Assembly: GCA_011523395.1 (NCBI GenBank) | Contig: WTGW01000032.1 | Location: 1-61,880 of the forward strand | Origin: Acidimicrobiia bacterium | Lineage (GTDB): Bacteria > Actinomycetota > Acidimicrobiia > Spongiisociales > Spongiisociaceae | Reading direction: 5' to 3' | Length of the DNA: 61,880 bases | Shown: in pieces, positions 56,391 to 61,880 of the stretch | Position numbering within the stretch: the first letter of the stretch is position 1 | Layout of the letters: every line of letters begins with the position of its first letter | The notes under the pieces: model-generated | Database searches by the model: none | Seen by the model: the letters and a program-made list of their open reading frames with translations, nothing else | What the model was told of the DNA's origin: nothing | Translations under genes and position numbers: made by a program

Positions 56391-58133
56391 TCAGACCACT
56401 ACCACCTGGACAGTGTGGTAGCCGGTGGCCCCGTCAGGCCGCGGCGGGACTATCTCGGAGGTCTGGGTGTACCCGGTCCGGTCCGTGGCCCGCACCGCAA
56501 TTGTGTGGGGACCCGGCGTGAAGTCGTACTCGACGTGCCACTGGCGCCAGGTGTCGATGGCCAACTCCTCGGGCAGGATGGCCTCCATCCACGGCCCGCC
56601 ATCGACCTGAACCTCGACCATGTCGATGCCTCGATTCTGCGCCCAGGCCACCCCGGCGATGGCGGTTGTACCGGCGTCGAGGGTGCCAGGGCGGGGCGTG
56701 TCGATGCGGGACTGGGTCTTGATTGGGGCCTCCTTGGCCCAACCTCGCGGTATCCAGTAGGCGTCGAAGTCCTCCCAGCGGGCGAATTCGACCTCGGACA
56801 GCCACTTGGTGGCGGAGACGTACCCGTACAGGCCGGAGACCACCAGCCGGGCGGGGAAGCCGTGCTTGACCGGAAGGGGCTCTCCGTTCATGCCGATCGC
56901 CAGCAGGGCCTCCCGTCCGTCGAACACCGCCTCGGTGGGGAAGCCGACCGTGAAACGATCGACCGAACGGCCGATCAACTGCGTGCCTTCGGGCTGGACC
57001 CCGGCCCGCTCCACCAGGTCCCTCAGGGGCACGCCGAGCCACTTGGCGTTGCCGATCAAGTCGCCTCCCACGGAATTGGAGACGCAGCAGATCGTGATGT
57101 AGCGCTCCACCATGGGAAGGGCCACCAGCTCGTCATAGGTGAGGCTGAAGGGTGAGTCCACCAGGCCGGTGAAGCTGACCTCCCAGGTGTCCAGGTCGAC
57201 GCTGGGAAAACTGAGAGCAGTGTCGATCCGGTAGAACTCATCGTTGGGCGTGATCAGCTCCGATACCCCCTCCACCCGCGCGATCTGGGCGGGCGTCGGA
57301 TCGGCCACGGTGCGTAGCACCTCCTCGGCCGCCGTGGTGGTGGTCGTCGTGGCCTGGGTGATCGGGGCGTCCTCGACCGGAGTCGTGGTGGCGGCCGCCG
57401 CCGTGGTGTTCGGGGAGGCGGCCGTGGTGTTCGAGGAGGCGGCGGTGGTCGAGGGCGAGGCGGCCACCGTGGGAAGGGTGACCTGTTCGCGGGCCGCCAC
57501 CGCCGACTGCGTCCGGCCGGAGGCGAGGCGCCCGATCACCACCTGGCCGACCGCCAGCACCACTGCGGCGCCCGAAGCGGTCATGAACGCCCGCCGGGAG
57601 TCCGCAGACGGGGCGCCGATCGGATCGGCGGCCTCGGTCGCAGGACCATGGAGGAGGCGGCGGAGCAGTACCAGGACCGCGATTCCGCTCCCGGCCGCCG
57701 CTATGGCCGGAATGAGGGTGGCGCCCGCGGTGGCGAGCGGATCGGTGACTCCCAGGGCGTAGCCGAGCACGCCGAAGGCCACGAAGCCGATCGCCGCCAA
57801 CTCCATGCGCTTGCGGGCCACCACACCCAGCAGGCCGCCGATGATGATCGTCACCACCACGATCCCGCCGATCAGGACCGCCTTGTCGTTGGTTCCGAAG
57901 ACGGCGATGGCCCAGTCCTTGAGGGCGGCCGGGGTGATGTCGATGAACCGCTGACCGATCGTCAGCACCAGCGACGGCGCCGACACGAAGAAGGAGGCGA
58001 GCATCTCGGAAAAGGCCACGGCGAAGCCGCTCGCCACCAGCCCGGCGAGGAAGTAGTCCCTGGTCGATCTCCACCCGCTCGGGGGCGGGTTGCCCGAGGA
58101 GATAGCGTCCGGGCCCACGGGTTCAGCCGCCAT
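56391..58133 (-). CDS. Molybdopterin-dependent oxidoreductase (sulfite-oxidase/YedY fold) with N-terminal polytopic membrane domain and Thr/Ala-rich linker
   Basis: Mo-cofactor domain (ITICCVSNSVGGDLIGNAKWLGVPL, HGFPARLVVSGLYGYVSATKWL) plus a C-terminal Ig-like domain. About five to six N-terminal TM helices. Confidence 0.82.
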   Translation of the reverse strand: MAAEPVGPDAISSGNPPPSGWRSTRDYFLAGLVASGFAVAFSEMLASFFVSAPSLVLTIGQRFIDITPAALKDWAIAVFGTNDKAVLIGGIVVVTIIIGGLLGVVARKRMELAAIGFVAFGVLGYALGVTDPLATAGATLIPAIAAAGSGIAVLVLLRRLLHGPATEAADPIGAPSADSRRAFMTASGAAVVLAVGQVVIGRLASGRTQSAVAAREQVTLPTVAASPSTTAASSNTTAASPNTTAAAATTTPVEDAPITQATTTTTTAAEEVLRTVADPTPAQIARVEGVSELITPNDEFYRIDTALSFPSVDLDTWEVSFTGLVDSPFSLTYDELVALPMVERYITICCVSNSVGGDLIGNAKWLGVPLRDLVERAGVQPEGTQLIGRSVDRFTVGFPTEAVFDGREALLAIGMNGEPLPVKHGFPARLVVSGLYGYVSATKWLSEVEFARWEDFDAYWIPRGWAKEAPIKTQSRIDTPRPGTLDAGTTAIAGVAWAQNRGIDMVEVQVDGGPWMEAILPEELAIDTWRQWHVEYDFTPGPHTIAVRATDRTGYTQTSEIVPPRPDGATGYHTVQVVVV

Positions 58134-58143
58134 GGGACAGGGT

Positions 58144-58230
58144 TAGGATCATCGTGACGGGGACTCTGTGTGTAGCCCCGACTGGGTGTGCTTGTTCAGT
58201 TGCCATGGCATAAGGATAGGATCCTTGTGA
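58144..58230. promoter_or_regulatory. Direct repeat TAGGATCNTNGTGA (x2, 73 bp apart) in the divergent Mo-oxidoreductase / msrB promoter region; the second unit is embedded in the palindrome AAGGATaggATCCTT
   Basis: taggatcatcgtga at 58144-58157 and taggatccttgtga at 58217-58230. Confidence 0.4.
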
Positions 58231-58327
58231 TCGCTATTGCAGGGGTCCTGGCACCGACTCCCTGGTCGGTTGCGCGGAGCTTGTCTGCCGCGTCGGAACC
58301 AGCGCCACCAAGGGAAGGAACCGGAGA

Positions 58328-58741
58328 ATGACCCCGACCCCTAGCGAAGCAGCCGCCATCCCGCAGACCGAGGAGGAGTGGCGGGAGAAGCTGACCCCGA
58401 TGCAGTACCACGTGGCTCGCGAAGCCGGTACCGAGCGGGCCTTCAGCGGCGAGTACTGGAACACCAAGGACGCCGGCACCTACATGTGCATCGGCTGCGG
58501 TATCCCGCTGTTCCGCAGCGAGACCAAGTACGACTCCGGGACAGGGTGGCCCAGCTTCTACGAATCGGTCGAAGGAGCGCCGGTGGAGGAGCGCCACGAC
58601 TACAGCTACGGAATGGTGCGCACCGAGGTGGTGTGTGGCAGTTGCGACTCCCACCTGGGGCATGTCTTCCCCGACGGCCCTCAGCCGACCGGCCTGCGCT
58701 ACTGCATGAACTCGGCCTCGCTCGACCTCAAACCCGACTGA
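58328..58741 (+). CDS. msrB: Peptide-methionine (R)-S-oxide reductase MsrB
   Basis: CIGCGIPLF ... GWPSF ... [16 protein letters not shown], with two CxxC zinc motifs and the conserved RYC (catalytic Cys). Confidence 0.95.
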   Translation: MTPTPSEAAAIPQTEEEWREKLTPMQYHVAREAGTERAFSGEYWNTKDAGTYMCIGCGIPLFRSETKYDSGTGWPSFYESVEGAPVEERHDYSYGMVRTEVVCGSCDSHLGHVFPDGPQPTGLRYCMNSASLDLKPD

Positions 58742-59013
58742 CCCGGCCGATTCTCGGACAACCCGCGGCGGTCACCTTCTCACAGAGGGGGTTGAACGTG
58801 TCACTAGGACGTTGTATGTTGTTGGCTAACCGTAATTACCAACGGCCCGGTACGGACGTCTACCAGGCCGCTCGAGGGATCAAATCGTTCGGGGCAGCCC
58901 CCACTAGGGCATAGCACAACGCGCCCCGAACCCAGGTGGTGGCGGTGGGGGAGGGCCCAACGGGCGAAGCCCGCTCGCCGCGATTTTCGCGTTCTTGGCC
59001 CAGCTAGCGGCCG

Positions 59014-59763
59014 CTAGCCGCTGTTGCCGGGCGTTGGGATGTAACGGATCACCTCGTCGACCAGCTTGCTGAAGGGGAGCGACTGCAACCAGACCCGTCC
59101 GGTGCCTTCCAGCGTCGCCAGGAACAGCCCCTCGCCGCCCAGGAACATGGTCGACGACCGCCCGGCCCGCTCGATCGAGAACTCGATCTGCGGCTCGAAT
59201 GCCACGATGCAACCGGTATCGATCCGGAGTTTCTCGGCTACCAAGCGCTTCTCGGTGATGGTGCCGCCAGCGTGCAAGAACGCCATTCCGTCACCCGAGA
59301 TGTCCTGGAGGATGAATCCCTCGCCGCCGAAGAACCCGGCGCCGAGTTTCCGGTTGAGGGAGATGTCGAGTTTGGTGCCCCGCGCCGCGCAGAGAAACGC
59401 CTTCTGCTGGGCGCGGATCCGGCCACCGAGTTGCGCGAGGTCGAGCGGCACGATCTTTCCCGGATACGGAGATGCGAACGCAACCTTGCGCCGGCCGCCG
59501 CCCTGGTTGGTGTAGTGGCCCAGAAAGGCCGACTCGCCCGCCAGCGCCCGCTTGCCGGCCGACTTGAGCTTCCCCCACGCCCCCTGGTTGGGCTCCGACC
59601 CGTCGCCCATCTTGACCTCGAACGTGATGCCATCCTCGATGTACATCATCGCGCCGGCCTCGGCCACCACCGTCTCCTGCGGGTCCAGTTCCACCTCCAC
59701 GAACTGCAGGTCATCGCCCACAATCCGGTAGTCGACCTCGTGACTCCTCACACCCACCTCCAT
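59014..59763 (-). CDS. AIM24/TIGR00266-family protein (DUF124)
   Basis: 249 aa with [39 protein letters not shown], typical of this family. Confidence 0.8.
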   Translation of the reverse strand: MEVGVRSHEVDYRIVGDDLQFVEVELDPQETVVAEAGAMMYIEDGITFEVKMGDGSEPNQGAWGKLKSAGKRALAGESAFLGHYTNQGGGRRKVAFASPYPGKIVPLDLAQLGGRIRAQQKAFLCAARGTKLDISLNRKLGAGFFGGEGFILQDISGDGMAFLHAGGTITEKRLVAEKLRIDTGCIVAFEPQIEFSIERAGRSSTMFLGGEGLFLATLEGTGRVWLQSLPFSKLVDEVIRYIPTPGNSG

Positions 59764-59886
59764 TAACGCCGATACCGATGGATCACCCCAGAACCTACCA
59801 CCGCGCCCCGTACCTGCCGCGCCAATCCGTGGTAACCGAGATTCATCAATCGGTTCATGTCATAGAAGGTTGATATAGTGTTACAC

Positions 59887-61167
59887 ATGTTTAACAGTGT
59901 CCCTCGGGTCGCTATCCGGTCTTCGATGCTTGAACCGGTGCGGGTGAACCGCGCCGTCCGGGCGGCCGTGATCATCGGCCTTCTACTCGGACTCCTCGCT
60001 CCGGGATACCCGGTCGAGGCTGCCGGCGAGCCACGGACAGACACCGCTCCATTCGGCACGATGGTCGTGAACGGATTCCTGGTGCCGATCCCGCGCCCGA
60101 AGAACGACCAACTCGTTATGCACCCGGTGGCCCGGATCCACGGCGACCTCGCTCCCAAGTCGGTCGTGGCTTCAGGAACGGGGCTGTACCTGGCTCAGAA
60201 CATGATGTACCGGCACACGATCTCCGTCCTCGACCACACGAAGCGCATCGTCAAGACCATCGACGATTCCGTCAGCCTCCGGGAGTTCGGACATGACGCG
60301 TCCGGAGATGTCTACCGGGGAGCACCGGTGGAGGCGGCCTTCACGTCGGACGGATCGTTCGCATTCGTATCCAACTACCGCATGTACGGCCCGGGATACG
60401 ACCCGCAGGCCGGCGGCGACAGCTGCGGTAAGGACCAGGGACAGGACAGCTTCGTCTACCGCATAGACACCACGGCGCTCGAGATCGACCGTGTCTATCC
60501 GGTCGGTCCCGTGCCCAAACACCTGGCCGTGACGCCGGACGACCGTCTTCTCGTGGTCTCGAACTGGTGCGGGTTCGATGTCACTGTCATCGACCTGGTC
60601 ACACATGAGACGCTTGCGGAAATCGATGTCGGTCGCCACCCGAGAGGTGTTGCCATCACGGGCGACGGCAGGACAGCCTACGTGGCCGTGATGGGGTCCA
60701 CCGGCATAGCCGCCATCGACCTCTCAGCATTCTCGCCCGAGAGTGGCGATAGCGGGACAGCAGGCCCACCCGCGCCGACATACATACGCGACGTCGGAAT
60801 CTCGCCGCGCCATCTGGTGCTGAGCCCGGACGGCAGGACCCTGTACGCGACGCTCAACGGAGAGGACGCGGTGGTAGCAGTCGACCTCGACTCGGGACAG
60901 GTTATCCGCCGGGTCCGGACCGGCCAGGCGCCCCGCACCATGGATATCTCCTCCGACGGCACGGCCCTCTACGTCGTCAACTACAAGTCGCACACCGTGA
61001 GCAAGATACGGACCCGTGACTTCACGATCCTCCAGGAACTCGACACGACTCCCAGGCCCATCGGGATCACCTACGACCGCTTCAACAACGAGGTCTGGGT
61101 CTCGACCTATTCGGGCACGATCCACGTATTCGCCGAGCAGGCTACGGGGCAGGCTTACGGCACCTGA
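59887..61167 (+). CDS. Secreted YncE/YVTN-type beta-propeller repeat protein
   Basis: Signal-like segment AVIIGLLLGLLAPGYPVEAA. Repeated PRGVAITGDGRTAYVA / PRHLVLSPDGRTLYAT / PRTMDISSDGTALYVV blades. Possible starts are 59878, 59887 or 59926. Confidence 0.78.
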   Translation: MFNSVPRVAIRSSMLEPVRVNRAVRAAVIIGLLLGLLAPGYPVEAAGEPRTDTAPFGTMVVNGFLVPIPRPKNDQLVMHPVARIHGDLAPKSVVASGTGLYLAQNMMYRHTISVLDHTKRIVKTIDDSVSLREFGHDASGDVYRGAPVEAAFTSDGSFAFVSNYRMYGPGYDPQAGGDSCGKDQGQDSFVYRIDTTALEIDRVYPVGPVPKHLAVTPDDRLLVVSNWCGFDVTVIDLVTHETLAEIDVGRHPRGVAITGDGRTAYVAVMGSTGIAAIDLSAFSPESGDSGTAGPPAPTYIRDVGISPRHLVLSPDGRTLYATLNGEDAVVAVDLDSGQVIRRVRTGQAPRTMDISSDGTALYVVNYKSHTVSKIRTRDFTILQELDTTPRPIGITYDRFNNEVWVSTYSGTIHVFAEQATGQAYGT

Positions 61168-61728
61168 CCGTCCCGCAGAAAGCGCGGTACCTGAATCGAA
61201 GTCCTTCTCTTGGGGCTGTCGATCACAGCGGTGGGGCCACCGGCGACGTGCATCACTAACTCCTCGACCAAGTTACCGTCGTTCCCATGGGAGCCATCCT
61301 GATGGCGGGAAGCGTCTTTCGAGTCCCAGCCGCCGAACGGGGTGCCTCACGGCGGCGGAGGCTTCACGCTCGGGAATTCTCTTCGGCCGGAGGCTGGCGA
61401 TCAGGGGGATCAGTTACCGGATTTCGGTGTCGGGGGAGTGACGCGGAGGGTAACCCCTCAGCCGGAAGACACCGACACCACCGGCATCGGCGTCAAGGTC
61501 ACCAACCCGAGAGTGAGAGTTGGGACCGATCCACCACTCCCACCGTCCTCTCACGAAGCCTCGCTGGCCTGCTCCGGCCGGGGAGCGGCAGCGTGTCATT
61601 GAGCCACCAACCACTTGGCCGCCCTGTCCCCGTGTCTGGGGTCCTCACCTCTGCGGGATTCCCGGTGCGAGTGCCAGTTCGGCCGGAACCTGAATTGGCT
61701 ATGCGCGACCTCTGAAAGGAGGTGAGAG

Positions 61729-61880
61729 ATGACCGGAGAAAAGGAGTCATCCAGCAGCAAGACGGAGTCTGGCACCGTCGCCATAACAGTGGCAGGCTTC
61801 ACGGTGCTGACGACAGTCGCACTGCTCACTGCCTGGCCGACCCCGGCCCTCGCCGTTGTTCCTGATCCCACCCCCGTATG
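61729..61880 (+). CDS. Hypothetical secreted/membrane protein, N-terminal fragment (runs off the window)
   Basis: Not in the ORF table (under 60 codons within the window). Very strong RBS aaaggaggtgagag directly before ATG 61729. Signal-peptide-like VAITVAGFTVLTTVALLTAWPTPALA. Confidence 0.5.
   Translation, partial: MTGEKESSSSKTESGTVAITVAGFTVLTTVALLTAWPTPALAVVPDPTPV

Noticed and set aside
61459-61476. A B12-box-like string (cAGCCGGAAGACaccgac) suggesting a cobalamin riboswitch.
   Set aside because: The remaining conserved cobalamin-riboswitch elements (GGTG..AATCC...CCCGCCACTG core) could not be found in the right order and spacing. This is left as an open question under the 61168-61728 finding.

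Overview
GC-rich actinobacterial chromosomal segment, densely packed with housekeeping genes, many translationally coupled by ATGA/GTGA overlaps. Gene order follows blocks known from well-studied actinobacteria. In order: (1) Pup-proteasome locus dop(partial)-pup-prcB-prcA-pafA-pafB-pafC, then tatA-tatC-helY; (2) lipid kinase, DUF4193, GNAT, NUDIX and rhomboid genes; (3) tlyA-nadK-recN-pyrG ... xerD; (4) scpA-scpB-rluB-aroA-cmk-der; (5) tRNA-Pro(GGG); (6) a peptide/nickel-type ABC importer with two tandem paralogous lipoprotein binding proteins; (7) an FHA/MerR/bifunctional-nuclease/MerR cluster; (8) mshD-like gene and thrS; (9) EF-G-like gene, gltA and a small membrane protein; (10) phosphatidylinositol-mannoside genes (PIP synthase, acyltransferase, pimA); (11) pdxS-pdxT-yebC; (12) a membrane Mo-oxidoreductase divergent from msrB; (13) AIM24-family and beta-propeller genes. 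No CRISPR array, rRNA, prophage or transposase was seen. Several things are not explained by ordinary genes. (a) A three-copy family of ~150-210 bp intergenic elements has arms built from complementary heptamer repeats, (CAGTGGT)n and (CCACTGG)n, around a conserved core starting ATGKTGTAAC; I could not assign it to any known repeat or RNA class, and it is the best candidate for something undescribed. (b) A 165-bp element with terminal inverted repeats (MITE-like) occurs in 2.3 copies, one filling the dop-pup spacer and one overlapping the yebC stop codon. (c) A lower-GC single-gene insertion between pyrG and xerD encodes an HNH endonuclease that looks like a phosphorothioate-dependent Type IV restriction enzyme. 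(d) The ABC importer has unusual added transmembrane modules and repeat-built linkers. (e) There are several candidate operator repeats, one candidate orphan sRNA, and a 560-bp non-coding leader at the right edge. All functional calls rest on reading the translated ORFs and on remembered family motifs and synteny; no database search was run.
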